NCBI GenBank assembly: GCA_964016885.1
Contig: OZ024740.1
Location: 1,426,001-1,490,000, forward strand
Length of the DNA: 64,000 nt
From: Eledone cirrhosa
Lineage: Eukaryota
Direction: 5' to 3'
Both the position numbers and the translations under genes were made by a program. Positions 52,500-64,000 of the stretch are shown in pieces. The notes under the pieces are model-generated. The model did no database searches. It was not told where the DNA came from and saw only the letters and a list, made by a program, of their open reading frames with translations. Position 1 is the first letter of the stretch; each line of letters opens with the position of its first letter.

Positions 52500-53593
52500 A
52501 CCAGATAGAAAAATGCGTACAGCAAAAAAAAGTAATATTGTTGGAATATAAACCTTTAAAAATACAGGACAAGAAACTAAAATAAAACTTTAAAAGAATA
52601 GGACAAGAAACTAAGATAAAACTTTAAAAGAATAGGACAAGAAACTAAGATAAAACTTTAAAGAATTGGACAAGAAATAAAAAATTTTACAATAATATTA
52701 GTGGCAAAATTTTTTTATTCGTTTCCTGTGCTATACCCCAGTATCTTCTTGATTAGTGCATAATAATTTTCATGCTCTCATTGTGCGTTGCCCCTGAGCG
52801 GTTGGTTCTGGTTGGGGTTGGTTGGCTGATCAGTTCTGCTCCGTCAGAATGACCATTGCAAGAAGAATTGGCCGATGCAGCTGCAGGTCTCCTCCAAGAA
52901 TGCACTTCTGGTCCCGAAACACCAGACGAAGATGGAGAAGACGACCGGGACAAGATGTCGACTCTGACCACCGACTACGGCACCTCCCTCAACCACCGGT
53001 CCTCCCTCCCTCTGTCCCGTCATCCTCCAGTCCTCCTGCTCCCCCTTCCTGTACCAGAAAGCTGTGGCACGCATTCATCTGGACTGCTGGACTTGAACTC
53101 AAGGACAAGATGCAAGGAGAAGATGGACAGGTTGGTCAAGATCAAGGATGAGCGGGACAACAAGACCGTCCGCTGCTGCTCAAGATCTGTGCTCATGGGC
53201 CCATGGGTCCATTCACATTATGCATGACACATGAGGCGTGTCGCCGAATGATGAAATAGGGGTATGGTTATGGCCTAATTGGTGTTCAAACCAAGATCAA
53301 ATGATCCCCCGGTCTGACGACGACCTCTGAATGTGGAACCCAGAGCCTCTGAATGTGGAACTCGATTTTTTACCAATAAAAATTTTGCCACTAATATTAT
53401 TGTAAAATTTTTTTATTTCTTGTCCAATTCTTTAAAGTTTTATCTTAGTTTCTTGTCCTATTCTTTTAAAGTTTTATCTTAGTTTCTTGTCCTATTCTTT
53501 TAAAGTTTTATTTTAGTTTCTTGTCCTGTATTTTTAAAGGTTTATATTCCAACAATATTACTTTTTTTTGCTGTACGCATTTTTCTCTCTGGT
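52500..53593. repeat. 220-bp inverted repeat (52500-52719 / 53375-53593) with internal 34-bp tandem units
   Basis: Arms are near-exact reverse complements. GGACAAGAAACTAAGATAAAACTTTAAAAGAATA occurs about 3.5 times per arm. Confidence 0.95.
52856..53227 (+). CDS. possible ORF in the inverted-repeat spacer
   Basis: 123-codon frame starting at TTG with an acidic stretch PETPDEDGEDDRDK. GC-rich, with AATAAA at 53375. No recognisable domain. Confidence 0.25.
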   Translation: MQEELADAAAGLLQECTSGPETPDEDGEDDRDKMSTLTTDYGTSLNHRSSLPLSRHPPVLLLPLPVPESCGTHSSGLLDLNSRTRCKEKMDRLVKIKDERDNKTVRCCSRSVLMGPWVHSHYA

Positions 53594-53623
53594 ATATATA
53601 TATATATATATATATAAAAAATA

Positions 53624-56600
53624 ATCATCATCATCATTTAACGTCCATCTTCCACGCTAGCATGGGTCTGGATGGGAGTTGTCCCACTTGAGGCAAGATT
53701 GGTTGTCTTGCTCAGGACTGTCTGGCGAGTTTTCTACGGCTGGATGCCCTTCCTAACACCAACCACATTTACAGTGTGGACTGGGGGGTTTTTACCGTGT
53801 TACCAACACGGCCACATTACACCATGGACTGTGTGTTTTTTTGTCGTGACACCTACACGACCACATTTATTTAGGACTGGATGTTGTGGTACCAACATAG
53901 CTTTACATCGAAAGGTGTGGTGTAGATGGCAGTAGGGGTAGTGGGACGGGGGTGTATTTTGGTTAAGAGGTGCCTACTGACTGTAGGTTTCGCTTTGTAC
54001 TTAGGCAAGGCAGGTCTTCTGTACTACTACGTAGCGCCAAAGATCTCGGACTAGTAACATTGTCTTGGAGCGGTGTAAGTGTGTGAGGTCGGATTTTATC
54101 AAGTCGTCCCAGGTTTTTCTGGGTCTGCCTACTCCGTAGCTACCGTCTATTTTGATCGCCCTGCACTTTTTTATATAGTTGTCATCTTTCATGCGCATCA
54201 CGTGACCATACCAACGTAGTCTTCTCTCGAGTAAACAGCATCTGATCCCTCTTATTCCTAATTTCTCACTTAGTTCATTGATTCTTTGCCGTTCACGTAT
54301 ATTACTATTACACATCCAATGGAGCATGCAAGCTTCGTTCTTCTCCAATCGGCATAGATCCTCTGCATACACTGCCATGTAACATTGCTGTTCATATGCA
54401 GGCATCATACAGCCTGCCTTTTATTTTTAGAGAGAACCCTTTAGCGGCCAATAGTGGTATAAGCTCTCTGAACTTTTTCCATCCCATTCTGACTCTAGCT
54501 ACTGTACTTTCGGAGCACCCTCCACCACTGCTGATTTTGTCACCCAGGTAACGGAAGGTGTCCACTATTTCTATAGAACCATCTGGGCAATGGAATGAGC
54601 TAGTATTCTGTGGGCATTTGCTGCTACTTATTGCACCAGAGCACCAGCCACATATAAAATCTATATCTTACTTAGCTTACCTGTGATCCCACTACATCTT
54701 TTATGCACCCATACTTTACATTTGGGACATAAAATGGAGTTTCTGCCTACTTCTTTCCTACACACTGAGCATGGCCATTTCCCAGATGGGACCAGTGCCC
54801 TATTCTCCTTCCTACATATTAGGACTTTAGTCTTAGACAAGTTAACTTTAAGGCCTTTTGATTCTTGGCCATGCTTCCATGTTTGGAATTTCTTCTCTAG
54901 TTCAGCCATTGATTCGGCTATGAGCGTTAGATCATATGCGTATAGAAGTTCCCATGGGCAGCCGGTCATGCACTCCACCGTTATAGCTTGGAGGGAGATA
55001 AGGACGGAGCCCTGATGAACACCAACTTTTACGCTAAACTCTTCACTATATTCGTTGTTAATTCTAACCTTGCTGACTGTTTCTTTATACATGGCTTGTA
55101 TAGCTCTCACAAGCCATTCATCAACACCTAGTTTTCTGAGAGCCCACCAGATAATGGAGCGGAGGACTCTGTCAAAGGCTTTCTCCAGGTCTACAAAAGC
55201 TAAGTAGAGGGGTTTACTTTTAGCTAGGTACTTCTCCTGTAGTTGTCGTACAATGAAAAGAGCATCTGTGGTACTTTTACCTGACACAAACCCGAACTGC
55301 ATTTCATCTAGATCAATTCGCTCTCTGATTAGTTGCGCTATAACTCTTTCTGTGACCTTCATGACCTGGTCGATTAATTTAATGCCTCTATAGTTTCCCC
55401 TATCTATGGCATCTCCTTTACCCTTGTAGCAGTTAAGGAGGATGCTGCTACGCCAGTCCTTTGGTACGACCCCATTCTGTATAACTTGGTTTACTATCTG
55501 GGTGACCATAGTGTGTCCCACCATTCCAGATGCTTTCAGCATTTCAGCAACTATTTCCGAAGGCCCAGCCGCCTTGCCCGTCTTCATATCTTTGATTGTC
55601 TTACTTATTATACTACCTTCAACTTGCACTGCTGGTCTCTCTATTGGGTCGATGTGGGGGAGACTGTCTTTCTCCCATTTATTCTCCTCATTTAGTAGCC
55701 TTTCATAGTGACACTTCCAAGCTACCTTCTTATCAGCATCAGTGATGGTAAGTACACCATCATCATTAAGGACACACTTCTCCCCGACAATATCATGGTT
55801 CTCCTTGACAATTGCCTAGCAATCCTGAACACCTCACGTTTTTGGTCCTCGCGTTGTAGAACATGCTTGAACTTTCTTTCCTCTGCTTCCCTTCTTGCAA
55901 AGTACATTTGTCTCCTTGCTTCCCTCCTGGCCACTTGATAGTCTTCTCTACTTCCCCCATCCCGCCATACTTTCCAAGCCTGCTTTTTGGCCTTGATCGA
56001 CTCCTCCACCTTACTGTTCCACCACCTCCTGCCTATAGGTCTCTCCTCCTGCCTATAGGTCTCTCCTCCTGCCTATAGGTCTGCTCCAGCCACAGATTTC
56101 ATCTGTCGCCTTTAGCAGGTTAGCTTTCAGGAATTCCCACTGTTCCTCTATATTGTACGACTCTAATTGCTCTTCCTTACTGTCAAAAGCATCAAGTAAT
56201 ATGCTTTTAAATTCATTACTGGTTGTGGGGTCCTTTAACTTCCATATTTTTCTCCTGAGGATAGTCCTCTTCTGTTGTCGAGTACGTCTCGTCCTGACTA
56301 TGAGGTCGCTAATTATGAGTCTATGTTGGGAGGTGCATTCTTCATGGGGGAGGGATTTAGTGTTTACAACAGACACTCTATCACGTCTTCTGGTAAGGAT
56401 ATAATCTACCTGGCTGGTATGTTCCCCTGATCTATAGGTGATCAAGTGATTGTCTCGTTTTTTGAAGTTAGTGTTACAGATAGTTAGGTTATTTGCGTCG
56501 CAGAATTCCAGGATTCTGGAGCCTTCCTCATTTCTAGTACCAAACCATAGCCTCCATGGATTCTGTCATAGCCATCACAATGTTGTCCAACGTGACCATT

Positions 56601-56872
56601 TAGGTCGCCAGCAATAATTATATAGTCACTGTCGGTTATTTGGGAGGTTATTTCACGACTCATAGAATCTGTCTTTTATAATGCCAGGCAGTCCGGGTTG
56701 GGGTGGATACGCAGATATTATTGTCACAGTAGTTCTATTGAGGACAAGTCTTATTTTAATTATTCTGTCATTCACTCTATTTACATCAATTACCTTATCT
56801 ACCCATTTTTCTGCTAGCATGATTCCTACTCCACCATTGTCATTTCCCACCCAGAAAAGCTTATAGCATCGT
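53624..56872 (-). mobile_element. 5'-truncated, disrupted RTE-clade LINE (AP endonuclease, RT, Cys/His finger, 3' UTR)
   Basis: EN motifs GVGIML, ISAYPPQ, SQVDYIL and SQHRLII. RT motifs NYRGIKL, FVDLEKAFDRV, GVHQGSVL and LLYAYDL. Also CSVC..CPKC..WVHKRC and RRLRWYGHV. Several stops and frameshifts, with an (ATG)n tail. Confidence 0.95.
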
Positions 56873-57016
56873 TTTTTTACCCACAGACCCACCCCTCCAC
56901 CTGGTCTCTTGGATACAACAAACAACAACCTCCTTACGATGTATATATATATATATATACATACATATATATATATGAATGAAAAATTGGCGTGCTGCGT
57001 TGTTGCGAATATGAAC

Positions 57017-57188
57017 ATATGAATAAAAATAGACCGAGAAACAGGAAAAAGTCTGTCATCAGTAGCCTGCTGATTCTCATTACTATTTCTTCGCATTAAA
57101 GACTAGATACCTAAAATCAGTGTGAGCAATAACTTAATTGAGTTGGTGACGGACTTTTTCCTGTTTCTTGGTCTATTTTTATTCATAT
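57017..57188. repeat. short hairpin or MITE-like inverted repeat (~45-bp arms)
   Basis: ATATGAATAAAAATAGACCGAGAAACAGGAAAAAGTCTGTCA versus TGACGGACTTTTTCCTGTTTCTTGGTCTATTTTTATTCATAT. Confidence 0.8.
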
Positions 57189-57440
57189 CATCATCATCAT
57201 CATTTCATTTTACGTCCACTTTTCCCTGCTTGCAAGGGTGGGACGGAAACTGATTCTAGCTTGATTTCTACAGCTGGATGCCCTTCCTAACACCAACCTC
57301 ATTTACAGTGAGTGCTGGGTGCTTTTTTGCTGTGGCACCTCCACGACCACTTTGCAGTGGAATGATAGGGACCCCAGTCCCTATCATCTCATTTCTACAG
57401 CTGAGTAAACTGGAGCAATGTGAAATAAAGTGTCTTGCTC
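57188..57440 (-). mobile_element. 3' fragment of the RTE-tailed SINE
   Basis: Nearly identical to 49271-49515. Confidence 0.8.
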
Positions 57441-57869
57441 TATATATATGTGTAAGTAAGACTTGCTTTGTAGGTATTAGACTTTGGTAGTGTTATTTTC
57501 TTGTATTTGAAGTAAGTTTTGTGTATGTGTGTATATGTATGTATTCATGCATGTATCTATGTAAGTGTTTATGTATGTATCGATGGATACTTTATTGGAT
57601 GGCCGTTGAGTTCCTCCGCCCTTTGACAGGTTTTGTTTTTCATCCCTCAGGGTCTCCAAATTCTCCCTCCTCACCAAGCAAGCTTGTTGGGGTCGCTAGT
57701 TTAGTTGCTGACAATCTGACCATGCACATGTTCTACTGGGTTAATGTTACCAGTAGCACAGAAGAGCGACCTATCATACATTTACATATATATATATATA
57801 TATAGGCACATACATACATTCAGAATATTGGACATTAAATAATGATAATGATGAAAGTATGATTGTATA

Positions 57870-59736
57870 CCGTATATACTCGCATATAGGTCGCACTTTT
57901 TTAACGATAAATAAGTATAAACTTTTGGGGTGTGACCTATCCGATCGACATCAGACTATCCAATGATGTTTCATAGACTTAATCAACGATTGGTATTTAT
58001 AAAAATAATTTGTTAATATTCTTTTTATTACACCGTGTAACATATTTTTTGTTCCCCGGTTCTAAGTGTCATTTCCTGGTTTGTTATATCCCATTATTAT
58101 TAAAAAAACACTATTATTTAATCAGAAGTTTGGGTTTGTGGTCAGGAGTTTGATATTTCGAAATTTTCATATTTTTCAAGAAAAAAAACATTTTTTAAAA
58201 ATTTATCAGTTCATATAATTAAATCAACAGAGTAAATATTTATTTTATTACACAAGCTTATCAAAAGCAAACAAGTAAAAACAAGGTGAGCGTCCAGCAT
58301 ATGGAATTTAAGCGACATCCTGCATCCCATGGCGCCAAAAGCCTTTATCAGATCCTGCACCAATTGCTGGTAGTTTTCAGCTCTGTAATTTCCCAGGAAG
58401 CCCTTAACAACTGCCTTGAAACAGTTCCATGCTGTTCTCTCAATCCTATTGAGCTTATTGGAGAACTCGGTAGATCAAATGCCTTCTTTATCTGAGGTCC
58501 AACAAAAATTCCACCTGTGATTTTGGCCTCAGATATCTTGGGGAAGAACTCAAGAAGGTACTTAAAAGTGGCTGATTCTTGGTTGAGAGCCTTCACAAAC
58601 TGCTTCATCAACCCCAACTTAATGTGCAGTGGCGGCATGAGCACAATCCTGGGATCAACCAGTGGCTCCCACATGACGTTCCGGGTCCCAACTACAAATT
58701 CTGTTTGCTGCTACCAGTTCTTTCTTTTGTAGTGGTCAGAGGTGGCTCTGTTGTCCCAAAGGCAGAGGAAGCATTGGAATTTGATAAAGCCTCCTTGGAG
58801 TCCAAGAAAGAAAGCCACCATTTTGAAGTCTCCAATGATTTCCCAATTGTACTGGTTGTATTGCAGAGCTTCCAAGAGGACTTTCACACTGTAGTAATCT
58901 TCCTTCAGGCAGACTGAATGAGGTAGGGGCAGTGTCGGGAACTTGTTTCCATTATGGAGGAGGACAGCCTTCAAACTTGTGGTGGAGCTGTCTATAAATA
59001 GCCGCCACTCCTTGGGCACAAACGGCACCCCAATAACGTCAAACAGTCCAGGCTCGTCATGGCAGAAGCAGAGGCCATCCCTAAGAGTGTAAAAGCCTGA
59101 GAAAGGTTTGTGTCGACTTCTCTGACTTGTCACCTGCACTTCCTCCTTGACCAAGTTCCACTGCTTCATCCTGGAGACGAATAGCTCTGCATTGGACTTG
59201 GTCAGATCCATATCCCTGACCAAGCCATTGACTTCTTTTTGGTTTGAGAAGTGAGGAACATTTTCTGGTACCCCAGTATCAATAAATCTCTTTAATCCAC
59301 TTTTTAACAATTTTATACTTTATTGCACTTTTATAATTTTCTTTAGGTATTACTCTTTATTTTATAATTTTAATTTAACCTGAAACATATATAAAAAAAA
59401 TCATTTAACATAAGCAAATTAACCTTACATACAACATAAAATCCAGCATACAAATAATTCAAGTGAATAGCTTAGAATTTTTACAAACCCAAACTTTTAA
59501 CCGTTTAATAGCACTTTTTTTTATTTATTTGGGACCTAAGCAACACAAAAAAAGTTATTACAAGCCAGGAACAGAGAAAAACATTTTTTTGTTATATGGT
59601 GTTATTAGTTTAAATTATCATAAAAAATAGTAGTTTGACGGCCCAAATTTCAGTGCGACCAATCTGTGAGTCAATGGCAAATAACCTATTTGTTAAATGA
59701 AAAGTGGACATGCGACCTATACGCGAGTATATACAG
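57870..59736. mobile_element. non-autonomous Tc1/mariner (pogo/Tc2-like) element
   Basis: 26-bp TIRs CCGTATATACTCGCATATAGGTCGCA / TGCGACCTATACGCGAGTATATACAG, flanked by TA on both sides. Confidence 0.85.
58031..59601 (-). mobile_element. Chapaev3-like DNA transposon with a decayed transposase (58348-59310)
   Basis: Termini CACCGTGTAAC / GTTATATGGTG with TTA on both flanks. Transposase motifs RLFIDSS..SLKAVLLHNGN, GDFKMV..LGLQGG..CFLCLWD and PPLHIKLGLMKQFVKAL, with a stop and a frameshift. Confidence 0.8.
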
Positions 59737-59812
59737 TACATGTTTCTAGGTATGTAGGTATATAAGATGTAGCATAAGCTAGTTATTTCTTGAATGACAT
59801 TATAATATTAGT

Positions 59813-60255
59813 GCCCTGATGGAATCACCTTCTTCCCATTCGAAGGAGGTAGATCTCTCATCTGGGATGTTTCAAGTTGTGATATGTTCTTCGCCTCCAA
59901 CTTAGTTGCTTCGGTCACAAACAAATACTGGGGATTGTCCGGCCGCTACATCTTGGCACCGGTTGCTGACCTCAGGCCTACTCGGACCATGTACTGGCAA
60001 GCTCCTCTGCAAGATCAGAACGTCAGCAGCCCGTCTGAGATGGGGTGTCTGTTGCAGTGGTTGTTGCTGGTCATTTTCTGCAGAAATGCTTTTGCAGCCT
60101 TGCTCGCGGAACACAGCCCCAACACCACCGCACCCTACACACAGAGCCCATCACCCTCCCCCCTCATATTCTTCTGTGACCCTAGAGTCCTTGCCTTTCC
60201 CTTTTTTTTCCATTTTTAAATATTAATAAAGTTTATGTGAAACTGAAAAAAAAAA
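59813..60255 (+). mobile_element. 3' fragment of a CRE-like non-LTR retrotransposon (restriction-like endonuclease)
   Basis: PDGITFFPFEGGRSLIWDVSSCDMFFAS...LVIFCRNAFAAL resembles the RPDG.T..PW..G..L.WD and QRGNA motifs. AATAAA and an A-run follow. AATATTAGT occurs on both sides. Confidence 0.65.
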
Positions 60256-60440
60256 TTACTTTCAATATTAGTTGATAATTATGAAAGTATGAATGTCTAC
60301 ATGTGTTTAGGTATGTCGGTATATATTGTGTAACATAAGAAAGTTATTGCTTCAATAACAGTATATTATTAGTTGGTAGTCTATGAAAGAGAACAGTCTT
60401 GTTCTTTTTATTAATATCTTGAGATGTTTTTATATTGCAG

Positions 60441-60539
60441 ACATTTGAAAATTTGCCTCCTCAGTTCAAAATTAAGTTCTCAGATGGAACATTCCACATA
60501 TTATCTGTCGGTCCTCAAGCAAACAATTTACTGAAACAG
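60441..60539 (+). CDS. OSBPL1A: OSBPL1A/ORP1L-like exon (late PH domain), after a 24.3-kb intron
   Basis: Acceptor tatattgcag and donor gtgagg, 99 nt, phase 0/0. TFENLPPQFKIKFSDGTFHILSVGPQANNLLKQ resembles ORP1L FFIKCFDDTIHGFRV. Confidence 0.85.
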
Positions 60540-61402
60540 GTGAGGTAACATTTTCTCTGTTGGATGACCCTGAAAAGTACAATCATGAAATTCTCTCTCT
60601 GCTATCAAGTTGTGAATATTTTAAATCTTTTAATACCAAAACCACCTGAAGTCATCCCAGCTTCTAATTGAGAAAGCTGTTTGTTATTAATTGTTCATCT
60701 TTATATTTAAACCTGCTATCATAATTTTAAGTATGAAAGTATTGTTAGATTATACCCCAGACATCATCATCATCATCATCATCATCGTCATCACCACCAT
60801 CATCATCACATCACCATTATCACCATCATCATCACCATCATCACAAAAGTAATGAAAATGACTATGTACAGTGCTCAGGTGCACTACAACTCATCAAAGG
60901 TGCATGTATAGTACATAGAATAAAATATAAATATCAGGAAAGTGAACAGTGTATGATATATATACAGATACACACACACATACATCATAACCATCATCAT
61001 CATCATCGTTTAATGTGCATTTTCTGTGCGTCCTTGTTTTAGACAGCTTATCATGTTATGAAACAAGTCTGGTCCAACAGACCACATCTTGATCATACAG
61101 ATCTGTATTTTGGCTTGGTTTCTAATCATCCTAAAACTAAAAACTCCAGCTGAAGGCACCAATAAATTGTTACAGCTTTCGCTAATGGGGACCCCCCCTC
61201 CCCCACACACACACGGCAGGGGGCCAGGGCAAATTGCTCCCTTTGCTCCCCGTTACATTTGGCCCTAGCTGCATGCCATTCCTAACAGCAACCACGTTAC
61301 CCAGCTTAAAATAAACAAAAGTTAATTATTTTCTTAAACCTCACAAAATTCTTGAATATTGTGAAAATAAATTGAAAAACCCTGGTCAGTATATTTCAAT
61401 AA

Positions 61403-64000
61403 AAATATGGAAATAAAAGGGTTAGTCACATTCTTTACCTGTCTAACAGATACATTTACAGAATGTCTGACCTGTAGAAATATGGAAATAAAAGGGTTAG
61501 TCACATTCTTTACCTGTCTAACAGATACATTTACAGAATGTCTGACATGTAGAAATATGGAAATAAAAGGGTTAGTCACATTCTTTACCTATCTAACAGA
61601 TACATTTACAGAATGTCTGACCTGTAGAAATATGGAAATAAAAGGGTTAGTCACATTCTTTACCTGTCTAACAGATACATTTACAGAATGTCTGACCTGT
61701 AGAAATATGGAAATAAAAGGGTTAGTCACATTCTTTACCTGTCTAACAGATACATTTACAGAATGTCTGACATGTAGAAATATGGAAATAAAAGGGTTAG
61801 TCACATTCTTTACATATCTAACAGATACATTTACAGAATGTCTGACCTATAGAAATATGGAAATAAAAGTGTTAGTCACATTCTTTACCTGTCTAACAGA
61901 TACATTTACAGAATGTCTGACCTGTAGAAATATGGAAATAAAAGGGTTAGTCACATTCTTTACCTGTCTTACAGATACATTTACAGAATGTCTGACCTGT
62001 AGAAATATGGAAATAAAAGGGTTAGTCACATTCTTTACCTGTCTAACAGATACATTTACAGAATGTCTGACCTGCAGAAATATGGAAATAAAAGGGTTAG
62101 TCACATTCTTTACCTGTCTAACAGATACATTTACAGAATGTCTGACCTGTAGAAATATGGAAAAAAAAGGGTTAGTGACATTCTTTACCTGTCTAACAGA
62201 TACATTTACAGAATGTCTGACCTGTAGAAATATGGAAATAAAAGGGTTAGTCACATTCTTTACCTGTCTAACAGATACATTTACAGAATGTCTGACATGT
62301 AGAAATATGGAAATAAAAGGGTTAGTCACATTCTTTACCTGTCTTACAGATACATTTACAGAATGTCTGACCTGTAGAAATATGGAAATAAAAGTGTTAG
62401 TCACATTCTTTACCTGTCTAACAGATACATTTACAGAATGTCTGACCTGTAGAAATATGGAAATAAAAGGGTTAGTCACATTCTTTACCAGTCTAACAGA
62501 TACATTTACAGAATGTCTGACCTGTAGAAATATGGAAATAAAAGGGTTAGTCACATTCTTTACCTGTCTAACAGATACATTTACAGAATGTCTGACCTGT
62601 AGAAATATGGAAATAAAAGGGTTAGTCACATTCTTTACCTGTCTAACAGATACATTTACAGAATGTCTGACCTGTAGAAATATGGAAATAAAAGGGTTAG
62701 TCACATTCTTTACCTGTCTAACAGATACATTTACAGAATGTCTGACCTGTAGAAATATGGAAACAAAAGGGTTAGTGACATTCTTTACCTGTCTAACAGA
62801 TACATATACAGAATGTCTGACCTGTAAAAATATGGAAATAAAAGGGTTAGTCACATTCTTTACCTGTCTAACAGATACATTTACAGAATGTCTGACCTGT
62901 AGAAATATGGAAATAAAAGGGTTAGTCACATTCTTTACCTGTCTAACAGATACATTTACAGAATGTCTGACCTGTAGAAATATGGAAACAAAAGGGTTAG
63001 TGACATTCTTTACCTGTCTAACAGATACATATACAGAATGTCTGACCTGTAAAAATATGGAAATAAAAGGGTTAGTCACATTCTTTACCTGTCTAACAGA
63101 TACATTTACAGAATGTCTGACCTGCAGAAATATGGAAATAAAAGGGTTAGTCACATTCTTTACCTGTCTTACAGATACATTTACAGAATGTCTGACCTGT
63201 AGAAATATGGAAATAAAAGGGTTAGTCACATTCTTTACCTGTCTAACAGATACATTTACAGAATGTCTGACCTGTAGAAATATGGAAACAAAAGGGTTAG
63301 TGACATTCTTTACCTGTCTAACAGATACATATACAGAATGTCTGACCTGTAAAGATATGGAAATAAAAGGGTTAGTCACATTCTTTACCTGTCTAACAGA
63401 TACATTTACAGAATGTCTGACCTGTAGAAATATGGAAATAAAAGGGTTAGTCACATTCTTTACCTGTCTAACAGATACATTTACAGAAAGTCTGACATGT
63501 AGAAATATAGAAATAAAAGGGTTAGTCACATTCTTTACCTGTCTTACAGATACATTTACAGAATGTCTGACCTGTAGAAATATGGAAATAAAAGGGTTAG
63601 TCACATTCTTTACCTGTCTAACAGATACATTTACAGAATGTTTGACCTGTAGAAATATGGAAACAAAAGGGTTAGTGACATTCTTTACCTGTCTAACAGA
63701 TACATATACAGAATGTCTGACCTGTAAAAATATGGAAATAAAAGGGTTAGTCACATTCTTTACCTGTCTAACAGATACATTTACAGAATGTCTGACCTGT
63801 AGAAATATGGAAATAAAAGGGTTAGTCACATTCTTTACCTGTCTAACAGATACATTTACAGAATGTCTGACCTGTAGAAATATGGAAATAAAAGGGTTAG
63901 TCACATTCTTTACCTGTCTTACAGATACATTTACAGAATGTCTGACCTGTAGAAATATGGAAATAAAAGGGTTAGTCACATTCTTTACCTGTCTAACAGA
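61403..64000. repeat. 75-bp tandem satellite, about 35 copies, running off the window end
   Basis: Unit AAATATGGAAATAAAAGGGTTAGTCACATTCTTTACCTGTCTAACAGATACATTTACAGAATGTCTGACCTGTAG. Confidence 0.99.

Larger units (their letters stand above)
49942..53593. mobile_element. unclassified cargo-carrying element (candidate Helentron/HINE-like or virus-derived)
   Basis: TA runs on both flanks. Terminal hairpin at 49943-49966. AGTAATATTGTTG (49965-49977) is inverted with CAACAATATTACT (53550-53562). Contains compact genes, abundant CpG and no microsatellites. Confidence 0.55.

Noticed and set aside
61847-63979. 710-aa minus-strand ORF of 25-aa repeats
   Set aside because: It is a 75-bp satellite unit (a multiple of 3) that lacks a stop in one frame. 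There are no unique termini, and stops appear in variant units at 61847 and 61589.

Overview
Repeat-rich animal genomic DNA. The SINE, RTE and microsatellite content suggests a cephalopod such as Octopus, which is an inference. Six phase-compatible GT-AG exons on the + strand (29883-60539) splice into the ankyrin-repeat to PH-domain segment of an OSBPL1A/ORP1L-like oxysterol-binding protein. The introns hold three large tandem arrays (44-bp, at least 29.8 kb, with nested higher-order duplications; 33-bp, 7.4 kb; 75-bp, at least 2.6 kb). They also hold decayed RTE, Tx1/L1 and CRE-like LINEs, two SINE families, MITEs, a Chapaev3-like transposon nested in a pogo-like element, a 1.1-kb foldback and a minimal type I hammerhead motif. 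The most unusual region is a ~3.65-kb island (49942-53593) between TA runs. It has a terminal hairpin beside a 13-bp subterminal inverted repeat, a 220-bp inverted repeat, a three-exon SGNH/GDSL hydrolase gene with 55- and 57-nt introns, and a convergent orphan ORF. It is a candidate cargo-carrying Helentron-like or virus-derived element. Most long ORFs in the supplied track are satellite artefacts.
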